The notes under the pieces: model-generated | The model's database searches: none | Seen by the model: the letters and a program-made list of their open reading frames with translations, nothing else | What the model was told of the DNA's origin: nothing | Made by a program: the position numbers and the translations under genes | In this document: in pieces, positions 8,036-17,444 of the stretch | How positions within the stretch are numbered: the first letter of the stretch is position 1 | How the letters are laid out: each line of letters begins with the position of its first letter | Source: an uncultured Gammaproteobacteria bacterium | GTDB taxonomy: Bacteria > Patescibacteriota > Patescibacteriia > 2-01-FULL-39-33 | DNA: 56,900 bases | NCBI GenBank assembly: GCA_964350585.1 | Contig: CAYGKC010000004.1 | Span: 1-56,900, forward strand | Reading direction: 5' to 3'

Positions 8036-8308
8036 ATGAAAAAAGAAGAGCACAAGATATTATTTGGCGGGGAAGAATTCATTTCTCTGCAAGAAGCTGC
8101 AAACTGTTTTGCTATTGAGTTTAAATACTTAATGGCTATGGCAAAAAAAGGAAAGCTAAAAGTTTTTAAGTCTGAAAATAATTGGTACACTTGTGAAAAA
8201 TGGATTTTGGATCATAAGGCTAAAATTTTGCATCTTTTGCATAAGGAAATAAAAGAACAAGAAAAAAACCTTAAACATTTGGGTAAATGGGTTAAGGAAG
8301 TTTTTTAA
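8036..8308 (+). CDS. small HTH (excisionase-like) DNA-binding protein, possibly leaderless
   Basis: ISLQEAANCFAIEFKYLMAMAKKGKLKVFKSENNWYTCEKWILDH resembles an excisionase-family HTH. An extended -10 TGCTATAAT (8021-8029) ends 6 nt before ATG 8036. The track start at 8009 lies inside the upstream terminator U-run. Confidence 0.5.
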   Translation: MKKEEHKILFGGEEFISLQEAANCFAIEFKYLMAMAKKGKLKVFKSENNWYTCEKWILDHKAKILHLLHKEIKEQEKNLKHLGKWVKEVF

Positions 8309-8324
8309 AAATAATATATATTGA

Positions 8325-8999
8325 ATGAAAGAAAAAAGTATAAATACAGATATAAAAAAAAGCCCTGATAAAGATATTGAAAAAAAATTAAAAGAATTGG
8401 GAATTGAAAGGGACAGTGAAGGTAAGATTATCTTGTATCACGTAACATTGGCAAAGTATTTTCCTGACATTGTTAGTTCACAATCTTTAAAACCACGCAG
8501 TATGACGGGTAATATGGCATGGAGTTTGAAATCGGAATGGCAAAATGAAGGAAAAAATAATAAAGTATATTTAACAACAAAAGATCAGGCGGAAAACATT
8601 GCAAACTTGTTTCAGGAAAAGTACGGTGGAACGGTTTATGTTTTAGAAGCGCATGCTGACGAGAGTTCGCTTTTGCCTGATGAGGATAATATAGGTGAGG
8701 GTGGAAATTGGCTGGACAGTTTGATGTGCGGAGACTTGGGAAGGAGTGCTTATGGCAGGACTTGTTCTTATAAAGGCGAAGTTAGCGATGTCACGCTGTA
8801 TAAAACAAAGAAGTTTGAGTTTTCAAGTGATGAAAAATCAAAATATATTGCCAAAAGTGTCAAAGCGCTTGAAAGTGGAAATAAATCATTGGCGGATGAA
8901 ACCTTTCAGCAATATGAAGAGGACGTTAAGAAAGCAGAAATGCTTGAGCAGGAAAAAATTCAGGAAAAAACATCCTCAAAACTATCCGCCAAGCAATAG
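8325..8999 (+). CDS. hypothetical protein, possible ADP-ribosyltransferase-fold (Tpt1/KptA-like) core
   Basis: ILYHVT, SLKPRSMT, KVYLTT and VYVLEAH..LPDED occur in the same order as the LYHGT / GL.PM.R / VHLS blocks of the Tpt1 catalytic lobe, as I recall them. This is a weak, motif-only resemblance. Confidence 0.5.
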   Translation: MKEKSINTDIKKSPDKDIEKKLKELGIERDSEGKIILYHVTLAKYFPDIVSSQSLKPRSMTGNMAWSLKSEWQNEGKNNKVYLTTKDQAENIANLFQEKYGGTVYVLEAHADESSLLPDEDNIGEGGNWLDSLMCGDLGRSAYGRTCSYKGEVSDVTLYKTKKFEFSSDEKSKYIAKSVKALESGNKSLADETFQQYEEDVKKAEMLEQEKIQEKTSSKLSAKQ

Positions 9000-9059
9000 T
9001 TAAATTGCTTGCAATAATGGTTATTATTAGTTAATATGAAAAGAATTTAAGTTATATTT

Positions 9060-10436
9060 ATGAAAAAAGAAAGTGAACAAATGCAAAAAATAGTTTCGCT
9101 TTGTAAAAGGCGCGGTTATATTTTTCCCGCATGTGAAATATACGGCGGTTTTGCTAATGCTTATAGTTATGGTCCTTACGGCGCAGAACTTAAGAACAAT
9201 ATTAAAAAGTTATGGTGGAAAAAATTTGTTCAACAAAGAGAAGATATTGTTGGAATGGACGGACCCATTTTGCTTCATAGCGGACTTTGGGAAGCATCGG
9301 GCCATTTATCAGGTTTTAATGATGCTATGGTAGACTGTAAATCCTGCAAAAAAAGGTACCGCGCAGATTCTTTGATTGAAGAAAAAACTGGTGAGGATTT
9401 GGAAGGTAATTTAGATAAGATGAATGCGGCTCTTAAAGAAGGTAAAATAAAATGCCCGAATTGCGGAAAAACAGAATGGACTGATGCAAAATTTTTAAAT
9501 TTAATGTTTAAAACAGAAATGAACGGCATAGATGGACCTGTTTACTTGCGTCCGGAAACAGCGGGAGCGATATTTGCAGATTTTAAGAATATAATTGATT
9601 CAATGAGAGTCAAAGTTCCGTTTGGTATCGCGCAAATAGGCAAAGCGTTTCGCAATGAAATAGTGGCTGGTAACTTTATATTTCGTTTAAGGGAATTTGA
9701 GCAAATGGAAATAGAATATTTTATTTCGCCAGATACCAAATGGGAAAGTATTTTTGAACAGTGGCTGGACGCTCAGGAGGAATTTACTTTGGCTTTGGGA
9801 GCAGATAAGAAAGATATCAAAAGGTTTGAACATCCAAAAGAAAAATTATCTCACTACTCACGAAAAACAGTCGATATTCAGTATAAATTTCCTTTCGGTT
9901 GGGGTGAGCTTTTCGGTCTAGCGCACAGAGGCGACTATGATTTATCAAAACATCAGGAGTTTTCCGGACAAGATCTTCATTACACTGATTCTGTAACTGG
10001 CAAAAAATACCTTCCGCATGTTTTGGAACCGACCTTCGGCACCGATAGAAGCGTACTTGTGGCGTTATGTTCTGCTTATGCAGAAGAAGCTGTTGATGAC
10101 GGCTCAAGAACAGTAATGAAATTTCCAAATGAAATAGCTCCAATTAAAGCAGCGGTTTTTCCTTTGTTGAAAAACAAGCCTGAACTGGTTGGAAAGGCTA
10201 AAGAAATTTTTAATTCCATTAAGGGAGAATTTATGTGCGAATTTGATGATAATGGAAATATTGGGAAAAGGTACAGGCGACAAGATGAAATTGGCACTCC
10301 TTATTGCATCACAGTTGATTTTGAAAGTTTGGAAAAAGAAGATGTTACCATAAGAGATAGGGATTCGATGAAACAGGAAAGAGTCCAAATTTCCCAGTTG
10401 AAAGATTATTTAAAAAATAAATTAAGCAATGTATAA
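9060..10436 (+). CDS. glyQS: glycine--tRNA ligase (dimeric alpha2 type)
   Basis: VSLCKRRGYIFPACEIYGGFANAYSYGPYGAELKNNIKKLWWKKFV is the hallmark GlyRS N-terminus. Class II motifs and a C-terminal anticodon-binding domain are present. Confidence 0.95.
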   Translation: MKKESEQMQKIVSLCKRRGYIFPACEIYGGFANAYSYGPYGAELKNNIKKLWWKKFVQQREDIVGMDGPILLHSGLWEASGHLSGFNDAMVDCKSCKKRYRADSLIEEKTGEDLEGNLDKMNAALKEGKIKCPNCGKTEWTDAKFLNLMFKTEMNGIDGPVYLRPETAGAIFADFKNIIDSMRVKVPFGIAQIGKAFRNEIVAGNFIFRLREFEQMEIEYFISPDTKWESIFEQWLDAQEEFTLALGADKKDIKRFEHPKEKLSHYSRKTVDIQYKFPFGWGELFGLAHRGDYDLSKHQEFSGQDLHYTDSVTGKKYLPHVLEPTFGTDRSVLVALCSAYAEEAVDDGSRTVMKFPNEIAPIKAAVFPLLKNKPELVGKAKEIFNSIKGEFMCEFDDNGNIGKRYRRQDEIGTPYCITVDFESLEKEDVTIRDRDSMKQERVQISQLKDYLKNKLSNV

Positions 10437-11691
10437 AAAGAAAGTTTTAAAAAACGGACTAAGGATGATTCTGGCGCCTTTGCAAGAGACTAAGACAGCT
10501 AATATTTTAGCGTTATTCAGAGTGGGCTCGAGATATGAAAGTAAAAAATTAAATGGCGCTTCGCATTTTGTAGAGCATATGATGTTTAAGGGTACAAAGA
10601 AAAGGCCAAATACTTTGGAATTGTCAAAAGTTTTAGATGGCGTAGGAGCTGAATATAATGCTTTTACAGATAAGGATTATACCGGTTATTACATAAAAGC
10701 TGATAATAAGCATCTTCAATTGGCTATTGACGTTATATCGGATATGCTTTTGGAATCAAAGTTCGACGAGAAAGAAGTTGAAAGAGAGAAGGGAGTAATA
10801 GTCGAGGAAATTAATATGTATGAGGATAATCCGCTTCTTTTTGTTGAAGAAAATATGCATAAAATAATGTACGAAAATAATCCTCTTGGCATGTTGATTG
10901 CCGGAAGCAAGGAATCGGTAAAAGGTGTAACGAGAAATGAATTATTTGATTACAAAAATAAAATGTATTCCGGTAAAAATGCAGTTATATGCCTAACAGG
11001 CAATTTCTTGCAAAAAGAAATTGACTTGCTAGAAAAAAAACTGTCACTATTTCCTGCAGGAACCAAAAATAATTTTAGAAAATTTTCTTCTGATCAAAAA
11101 AAGCCAAGACTCAAATTAGATTTTAAAGATAGCGAGCAGGTTCAAATATGTTTGGGTTTTCCCGCATATTCCTATAGCCACAAAAAAAATATTATTTTGC
11201 AGATGCTTTCGATTATTCTTGGCGGAAATATGAGTTCGAGATTATTTTTGAGCGTTAGGGAAAGGCAAGGCCTGGCTTATTATATTCACTCATCAGTTAG
11301 TAATTTTGAAGATACAGGTTCGCTTCATGTGCAGGCGGGCTTGGATAAAAGTAGGATTTTTGATGCTATAAAATTAATTTGGGAAGAGCTTAATAAAATT
11401 TCTAAAGGGGTAAAAGCTGAGGAATTGCAAAGAGCCAAAGATTTTATTTCCGGAAAAATCGCCATCAGCCTGGAAGACAGCTCAAGTTTGGCTAGATGGT
11501 ACGCTTTGCAAGAATTAATGATTGAAAAGATTTTGACACCGGAAGAAAGAATAAAAGAAATTAACCGAATAACGACAAAGGAAATAGCTGAAGTGGCAAA
11601 AGAATTGATTATTGCAAATAAATTGAACTTGGCAGTTATAGGTCCGTTTAAAGAAGAAAAAAAATTCCGTAACCTAATTGAAAGCTTATGA
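10429..11691 (+). CDS. M16 family zinc peptidase (insulinase-like)
   Basis: HFVEHMMFKGT inverted zinc motif (HxxEH). The length and two-domain layout are typical of M16B. Confidence 0.85.
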   Translation: MYKKKVLKNGLRMILAPLQETKTANILALFRVGSRYESKKLNGASHFVEHMMFKGTKKRPNTLELSKVLDGVGAEYNAFTDKDYTGYYIKADNKHLQLAIDVISDMLLESKFDEKEVEREKGVIVEEINMYEDNPLLFVEENMHKIMYENNPLGMLIAGSKESVKGVTRNELFDYKNKMYSGKNAVICLTGNFLQKEIDLLEKKLSLFPAGTKNNFRKFSSDQKKPRLKLDFKDSEQVQICLGFPAYSYSHKKNIILQMLSIILGGNMSSRLFLSVRERQGLAYYIHSSVSNFEDTGSLHVQAGLDKSRIFDAIKLIWEELNKISKGVKAEELQRAKDFISGKIAISLEDSSSLARWYALQELMIEKILTPEERIKEINRITTKEIAEVAKELIIANKLNLAVIGPFKEEKKFRNLIESL

Positions 11692-12974
11692 AAATAGGCA
11701 TTGATTGCAGAACAATACTTAATTCAAAAGGGGGAGAATTGGCAGGTGTAGGCCACTACACTTATTATCTCGTTAAAAAACTGCTAGAAATTGATAATGA
11801 TAACGAGTATGTGCTTTTTGTTGATCATCGTTTTAAATCTGCGGAAGATTTTGAAAGTCCAAGATGCAAAGTGAAGAAATTTCCATTTTACGAGTATAAA
11901 AAATACCTTCCCGTAGCTTATTCCCAAATGCTAATCAGTTCATTTTTAAACAGGGAAAAGTTAGATTTATTTCATTCTCCCGCAAATATTATCCCTCTTT
12001 TTTATAACAAGCCTTCTGTTGTTACTGTCCATGATTTGGCAATATATCGCTACCCCGAATTTTTTCCAAAAACGTTTTTGAGCAGACAGGCATTTTCAAC
12101 AAAAATTCTGGTTCCCAAAACATTGATAAAAGCAAAAAAAATAATTGCAGTTTCCAAAAATACAAAAAGAGACATAATCGAAAACTTTGGAATTCCTGAA
12201 GAAAAAATTTCAGTAGTTTATGAAGCTTGCGATGAAAATGCGAAAGAACTGTCAAAAGCAGTTCCAATTTCCCAACTAACTGACAAATTCGGTCTGAAGG
12301 AAAAATATTTTCTTTTTATTGGTACTATAGAGCCTCGAAAAAATTTAGTGCGACTTATAAATTCATTCAGAAATTTAATGACGGCTTATGATTCTCCGGC
12401 ACAAGATTGCCAGTTAATTTTGGCGGGCAACAATGGTTGGAATTCTGAGGAGGTTTATAAAGCAATAGCTGCTGCCAACTCTAGTATATTAGCCAGAGAT
12501 AAAAGAAGAAGCGGAAAAGAGAGAAGAAGCGGATTTGACACTCGTTCGCAGGAGTTGAAAGAGAAAGAAGGCGAAAGAAGAAGCGGCCAAGAAAGAAGAA
12601 AAAAAGATCCTATCAAATACATCGGCTATGTTTCTAATGAAGAAAAATTTTCATTACTGGCAAGTGCATATTGTTTTGTATTTCCAAGTATTTATGAAGG
12701 CTTTGGTATTCCGGTACTGGAAGCCATGACAAGCGGTTCTCCTGTTATAGCCTCAAGCGGAAGTTCTTTAGAAGAAATTGCAGACTCAAATAGCGGAATC
12801 CTTGTCGATCCTTGCAGTGAAGCTGAAATAACAAATGCCATGCAAATAATGTTAACAGATGAAGGTTTTAGAGAAATGGCAAAGAAGCGAGCCGTAGAAA
12901 AATCTTCTCATTTTAACTGGGATAAATGCGCAAGAGAAACTTTGAGCATATATGCAGAATCGGTAGCAAAGTAA
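11688..12974 (+). CDS. GT1/GT4-type glycosyltransferase with a basic repeat insertion
   Basis: C-terminal block FVFPSIYEGFGIPVLEAMTSGSPVIAS (E-x7-E region). An N-terminal Rossmann-like half is present, and a basic (E/K)RRSG repeat insert lies at about 12490-12610. Confidence 0.85.
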   Translation: MKIGIDCRTILNSKGGELAGVGHYTYYLVKKLLEIDNDNEYVLFVDHRFKSAEDFESPRCKVKKFPFYEYKKYLPVAYSQMLISSFLNREKLDLFHSPANIIPLFYNKPSVVTVHDLAIYRYPEFFPKTFLSRQAFSTKILVPKTLIKAKKIIAVSKNTKRDIIENFGIPEEKISVVYEACDENAKELSKAVPISQLTDKFGLKEKYFLFIGTIEPRKNLVRLINSFRNLMTAYDSPAQDCQLILAGNNGWNSEEVYKAIAAANSSILARDKRRSGKERRSGFDTRSQELKEKEGERRSGQERRKKDPIKYIGYVSNEEKFSLLASAYCFVFPSIYEGFGIPVLEAMTSGSPVIASSGSSLEEIADSNSGILVDPCSEAEITNAMQIMLTDEGFREMAKKRAVEKSSHFNWDKCARETLSIYAESVAK

Positions 12975-12997
12975 AATCGAACATAAGTAAATTTAAA

Positions 12998-13019
12998 AAA
13001 CTCCCTTAGGGAGTTTTTT
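12998..13019 (+). terminator. rho-independent terminator
   Basis: AACTCCC-TTA-GGGAGTT followed by TTTT. Confidence 0.7.
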
Positions 13020-13034
13020 GCAGTTTAAAAATAT

Positions 13035-13532
13035 TTAAATGAAGTAAAGGAGAGAAATTATCAGTGCTAAAGCGATTCCCTGGAGCAACATCCCGTATTT
13101 AATGGGAATGTCGTTTTCCATTTTATCAAGAATAAAATAATGGACTTTGTGGTGGAAGTCATTAAACCATTTGAGGAATTTTAATTTTGTCAGTTGATAA
13201 ATTGCAACTAAAATATCGGGGAGCACACTGCCTATTATGGCAAATGAGACGCTATCGGATTGGGCAAATTCAAAATTTCGGAAAATAAAAATAAGATATA
13301 AAACAAGGGCGGAAGCATCAAGAGTTCCGTAAAGCGTCATGGCTTTGAGCTGATCTTCTTCTTTTAGTTTTTTGACTTGCAAGCCAAAGAATTTTTTGCC
13401 AAGTTCTTTATCGCCATGAGGAATAATATCAAAAATAAAATGCAGGCCGAGGCCGGCAAAAAAGGCTATTAAAGGATTTTGGATTTGTGATCCCGCCAAG
13501 GTGGCTATTGCAGCGTGAACTGTTATAAACAT
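13035..13532 (-). CDS. small polytopic membrane protein (possibly YdjM/DUF457-like metal-dependent hydrolase)
   Basis: Several TM helices. FDIIPHGD and SVLPDILV resemble the His and LPD motifs of DUF457. Weak assignment. Confidence 0.45.
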   Translation of the reverse strand: MFITVHAAIATLAGSQIQNPLIAFFAGLGLHFIFDIIPHGDKELGKKFFGLQVKKLKEEDQLKAMTLYGTLDASALVLYLIFIFRNFEFAQSDSVSFAIIGSVLPDILVAIYQLTKLKFLKWFNDFHHKVHYFILDKMENDIPIKYGMLLQGIALALIISLLYFI

Positions 13533-13580
13533 TTTGATTTTATTATATTAATTTTAACAGCATATTAATTTTTTTTCAAT

Positions 13581-13602
13581 AAAAAAAACGCCCATTGGCG
13601 CT
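13581..13602 (-). terminator. terminator-like hairpin downstream of the tRNA cluster
   Basis: On the minus strand, CGCC-AATG-GGCG is followed by TTTTTTTT. Confidence 0.45.
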
Positions 13603-13702
13603 ATAGATAAAACAGAGTTATTTAATGTTACTATCTATCATTATAGCACATTTTTCTAAATTTGTCAATAGATAATAAAAAACTCACAAAATAGACTGAT
13701 TT

Positions 13703-13787
13703 TGGTGCCGAAGGAGGGAATCGAACCCTCACATATTGCTATACACGATTTTGAGTCGTGCGCGTCTACCAGTTCCGCCACTTCGGC
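13703..13787 (-). tRNA. tRNA-Leu (anticodon CAA), CCA encoded
   Basis: GCCGAAG TG GCGG..., anticodon arm CACGA CTCAAAA TCGTG, long variable arm, T-arm GAGGG TTCGATT CCCTC, 3' end CTTCGGC A CCA. Confidence 0.9.
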
Positions 13788-13795
13788 TTTTTTAG

Positions 13796-13869
<74 letters not shown>

Positions 13870-13884
13870 ATAATTTATTTTTAA

Positions 13885-13952
13885 ATTAAAAAATAAGAAT
13901 TATGAATTAAGAAATTAATTGCTGTTCTTAATTGATAATTCTTAATTCTTCA
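13885..13952. repeat. AT-rich palindromic element 3' of tRNA-fMet (copy 2 of 2)
   Basis: AAGAATTATGAATTAAGAA pairs with TTCTTAATTGATAATTCTT with one mismatch. The motifs are shared with 5375-5430. Confidence 0.5.
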
Positions 13953-13959
13953 CTGCCTT

Positions 13960-14034
13960 TGTAGCGGGGGCGGGACTCGAACCCGCGACCTGCGGGTTAT
14001 GGGCCCGCCGAGCTGCCAACTGCTCTACCCCGCG
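13960..14034 (-). tRNA. initiator tRNA-fMet (CAT)
   Basis: CGCGGGG TA GAGC AGTTGGCA GCTC G GCGGG CCCATAA CCCGC AGGTC GCGGG TTCGAGT CCCGC CCCCGCT A. It has an unpaired 1:72 position (C1/U72) and three consecutive G:C pairs closing the anticodon stem. No CCA is encoded. Confidence 0.85.
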
Positions 14035-14158
14035 TCATTTATATCGGCCTGCATCAAAATTTAGCAATTGCCGTTTATCAATAAAATTATAGCATAAATT
14101 CAGTATTTTGCAAGTTTTGGCAGTTCCATTAATAAGTTAATTATGTTATAATTTATTA

Positions 14159-14923
14159 ATGGGACAGATAATTTCTATAGTCAATCAAAAAGGAGGCGTT
14201 GGAAAAACCACTACTTCCATTAATTTAGCGGCTTATTTAAGTTCGCTGGGCAAATTTGTTTTATTGGTTGATCTTGATCCTCAAAGTAACGCTACATCCG
14301 GCTTAGGAATTGATAAAGAGGGCATTGAAAAAGGCGTCTATGAAGTGCTTGTCGGTCCTCACAGTTTCACAGAAGTAATAGTTGATACAGATCATGATTT
14401 TTATAAGTTAGCTCCGTCAACAACTTCTCTTGCCGGTGCCAATATAGAATTGGTGGGAGTTGATAGAAGGGAATTTAAACTTTATGATAATTTGCTTCAA
14501 ATAAAAAACGATTATGATTATATAATAATTGATTGTCCTCCTTCTTTGGGTTTGTTGACTGTAAATGGTTTAGTCGCTTCTGATAAAATTTTGATTCCGG
14601 TTCAGGCGGAATATTTCGCCTTAGAGGGGTTGGGCCAGCTTTTATCAACTATCGGTCTAATCCAAGAGAACATAAAACCGGAGCTTGATATTCTGGGAGC
14701 AGTTCTGACTATGTATGATAGCAGATTTAAATTGGCAAACGATGTATTAAGGGAGCTTTACAAATATTTTCCAAATAAAATTTTTAGGACAGTCATACCT
14801 AGAAGCGTAAGGCTTTCCGAAGCTCCAAGCCATGGCAAAACGATATTGCACTATGATCCAAAGTCAAAAGGAGCCAGAGCTTATGATAGATTGGCTAGAG
14901 AATTTATTTACCTAACTTCTTAA
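14159..14923 (+). CDS. parA: chromosome partitioning ATPase ParA/Soj
   Basis: Deviant Walker A NQKGGVGKTTTSINLA, plus DCPPSLG and a MYDSR block. Confidence 0.9.
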   Translation: MGQIISIVNQKGGVGKTTTSINLAAYLSSLGKFVLLVDLDPQSNATSGLGIDKEGIEKGVYEVLVGPHSFTEVIVDTDHDFYKLAPSTTSLAGANIELVGVDRREFKLYDNLLQIKNDYDYIIIDCPPSLGLLTVNGLVASDKILIPVQAEYFALEGLGQLLSTIGLIQENIKPELDILGAVLTMYDSRFKLANDVLRELYKYFPNKIFRTVIPRSVRLSEAPSHGKTILHYDPKSKGARAYDRLAREFIYLTS

Positions 14924-14928
14924 ATATT

Positions 14929-15813
14929 ATGTCAACAAAATTATCAGGGCTTGGCAGGGGTCTTGGTTCACTAATACCAAACAAAAAGCTTTCAACTATT
15001 CCCATAGATGAAGATTCTCCGATTGCAAGCGTTATGTCAAGAAATGAATCAATCCTGGAAATACCAGTTAACAAAATTGAGCCAAACCCGTTTCAGCCAA
15101 GATTTGATTTTAGTGAAGAGTCTTTGACTGAATTAATGGAATCAATTAAAGAACACGGCATTATCCAACCACTAATTGTCGTAAGGTTATCTGCTGATAA
15201 GTGGCAGCTTATTGCCGGGGAAAGAAGATGGAGAAGTGCCAAGAAGTTGGGGCTGGCTACTGTGCCCGCCATCGTCAGGGATATGGACGACCAGAAAAAA
15301 ATGGAAATTGCTTTGATTGAAAATTTGCAAAGGCAAAACCTTAATCCTTTAGAAGTCGCCCTTGCTTATCAAAAACTTGTTGACGAATTTAATTTAACAT
15401 TAGAAAAACTAGCCAAAAAAGTCGGTAAGGATTCATCAACAGTAAAAAACACTATGCGATTGCTTACCGCGCGCGAAGAAGTGCATCAGGCGATAAGGGA
15501 AGGAAAAATTTCTGAAGGACACGCCAGAGTTTTGGCAGGTTTGCCGGAAGAGGATCAGCTTATTGTACTGAAAAGAATCTTGGACGAGAAATTAAATGTT
15601 CGCGATACGGAACGAGCCGGAAGGGAAGTTGTCATAAAGAAAAAAATAAGGAATCTTTTGAAAGACCCTGAGCTTACAGCGATGGAAGGAGAGCTTGAGA
15701 AGATTTTTAACACCAGAATAGAAATAAAAGGATCAACCAAAAAAGGCAGTATTCTCATAAAGTTTTTTTCAGAAGAAGAGTATCGCGAAATTATAAAAAA
15801 ACTTACTGAATAA
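14929..15813 (+). CDS. parB: chromosome partitioning protein ParB/Spo0J
   Basis: NPFQPR, IIQPLIV, LIAGERRWRSAKKLG and ALIENLQRQNLNPLE boxes, and an HTH region. Confidence 0.9.
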   Translation: MSTKLSGLGRGLGSLIPNKKLSTIPIDEDSPIASVMSRNESILEIPVNKIEPNPFQPRFDFSEESLTELMESIKEHGIIQPLIVVRLSADKWQLIAGERRWRSAKKLGLATVPAIVRDMDDQKKMEIALIENLQRQNLNPLEVALAYQKLVDEFNLTLEKLAKKVGKDSSTVKNTMRLLTAREEVHQAIREGKISEGHARVLAGLPEEDQLIVLKRILDEKLNVRDTERAGREVVIKKKIRNLLKDPELTAMEGELEKIFNTRIEIKGSTKKGSILIKFFSEEEYREIIKKLTE

Positions 15814-15839
15814 ACCGGCAATAGCCGGTTTTATTTTTT
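15812..15839. terminator. bidirectional terminator between convergent parB and rel
   Basis: AAACCGGC-AATA-GCCGGTTT flanked by A-run and T-run. It overlaps the rel stop codon. Confidence 0.6.
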
Positions 15840-17309
15840 GATAAAGAATGATCCAAAACTCCTTTTGTTAATGGCGTTGCGTATTTTGCTTCTTGCCATT
15901 GAAGTTTTGGCAAATTCCAACCAATCAGGGTTTGGTGTTTTTCTGTTCTTATCGGTAATAATTTCAATAATATCTCCGCTTTTTAGGTTGTGTGCCAGGT
16001 TAACCATTTGTCCGTTTACTTTAGCGCCGGCGCATTTGTCTCCTAAGGAGCTGTGAACATGATAGGCGAAGTCAATAGGTGTGGCATCTTCGGGAAGGTC
16101 TATAACATCTCCTCGAGGCGTAAAAACAAAAATCCTACTTTGGAAAATATCAAGCTTTGCATCGCTTAAAAATTGTTCGCTGTCCTTTATTTGTTTCTGC
16201 CATTTTAGTAGTTCATCAATCCATCTGATGCTTGCTTTGTTTGCTTTGCCCGTGTCTTTATAGCTCCAGTGGGCTGCTATTCCGTACTCAGCTTCTTCAT
16301 GCATTTGTCCGGTTCTAATTTGGAATTCAATTGTTTTTCCCTTTTCGGCAAATACAGTCGTATGCAAGGATTTATAGCCGTTTGGTTTTGGCTGGGCTAT
16401 GTAATCTTTGATTCTTCCTGGCACCGGCCTGTATAGGTTGTGAATTACACCAAGAGCAGAATAGCATTCGCTGACCGTGTTTGTAATTATTCGCAAACCC
16501 AGAAGATCATAAATTTTACTAATATCCATATTGATATATGGTTTTTGCAGTTTCTTAAAAAGGCTGTACAAATGTTTTGTTCTTCCTTGTATTGTAACAT
16601 TTCCGAATGATATTTTATTTTCCTTTAATTTTTCCGTCACGGTTAACATGATTTTTTCAAGATACTTTTCTTGTTTTTCATATTCTTTTGGAATTATTCT
16701 ATTTATCCAATCGTATTCTTCCGGATAAACGAATTTAAAAGCAGTATCTTCAAGTTCGCTTTTAATTTTACCCATATTCAGACGATGCGCAATAGGAGCA
16801 TAAATTTCCAAGCTTTCTGTTGCTATTCTTATTTGTTTATCTCTAGGCAGTGCTTCTAAGGTTTTTAAATTGTGAAGCCTGTCTGCAAATTTTATTACAA
16901 TAACTCTAATATCGTTACTCATGGCAACAAACATTTTTCTTAAATTTTCTGCATACCTTTCGAGTCCACGGTATTTAATTTTTCCAAGCTTGGTAATGCC
17001 TTTAACGAGATTGGAAATTTCTGAACCAAAATTTTGTTCAATTTCTTCTAATGATCTTTCTGTGTCTTCAGGAACGTCATGCAATAAACCGGCTATGACT
17101 GTATTTAAATCAAGTTTCATTTCGGCAAGCTTCTGTGCTACAGCCAAAGGATGGACAATATAAGGGTCTCCTGAAAAGCGCAGTTGCTTTTTATGGGCAT
17201 CATTGGCATAATCGAATGCCAATTTCAAAAGATCAAGATCTTTATGGCCATTATTCTCCATTGTTTCCAATAAATGCTTAAAATTTTCCTCAATGTTTAT
17301 TTCGCTCAT
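15831..17309 (-). CDS. short bifunctional RelA/SpoT homolog (HD hydrolase + synthetase + TGS, no C-terminal ACT/RRM)
   Basis: HD motif LLHDVPEDT, synthetase block RIKDYIAQPKPNGYKSLHTTV, and TGS FVFTPRGDVIDLPEDATPIDFAYHVHSSLG. The protein ends about 40 aa after TGS. Confidence 0.9.
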   Translation of the reverse strand: MSEINIEENFKHLLETMENNGHKDLDLLKLAFDYANDAHKKQLRFSGDPYIVHPLAVAQKLAEMKLDLNTVIAGLLHDVPEDTERSLEEIEQNFGSEISNLVKGITKLGKIKYRGLERYAENLRKMFVAMSNDIRVIVIKFADRLHNLKTLEALPRDKQIRIATESLEIYAPIAHRLNMGKIKSELEDTAFKFVYPEEYDWINRIIPKEYEKQEKYLEKIMLTVTEKLKENKISFGNVTIQGRTKHLYSLFKKLQKPYINMDISKIYDLLGLRIITNTVSECYSALGVIHNLYRPVPGRIKDYIAQPKPNGYKSLHTTVFAEKGKTIEFQIRTGQMHEEAEYGIAAHWSYKDTGKANKASIRWIDELLKWQKQIKDSEQFLSDAKLDIFQSRIFVFTPRGDVIDLPEDATPIDFAYHVHSSLGDKCAGAKVNGQMVNLAHNLKSGDIIEIITDKNRKTPNPDWLEFAKTSMARSKIRNAINKRSFGSFFIKK

Positions 17310-17400
17310 ATTATTAAATATTATAAGTTACATTTTACCATTTAGCAATCAGATTATAAAACAGTAGTTAACTGCAATACTACAGAACTGGTTTTGTGCA

Positions 17401-17431
17401 TTTTAAAACTCCCATTTGAAATGGGAGTTTA
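17401..17431 (-). terminator. terminator-like hairpin after topA
   Basis: AACTCCCAT / ATGGGAGTT 9-bp stem, followed on the minus strand by TTTTAAAA. Confidence 0.5.
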
Positions 17432-17444
17432 AAAGTTTAGCGGG

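Noticed and set aside
14159-15840. parS site (TGTTTCACGTGAAACA-like) near parAB
   Set aside because: I scanned the parAB region and flanks by eye and saw only partial matches, such as TGTTTCAC at about 2066. No 16-bp palindrome could be supported.
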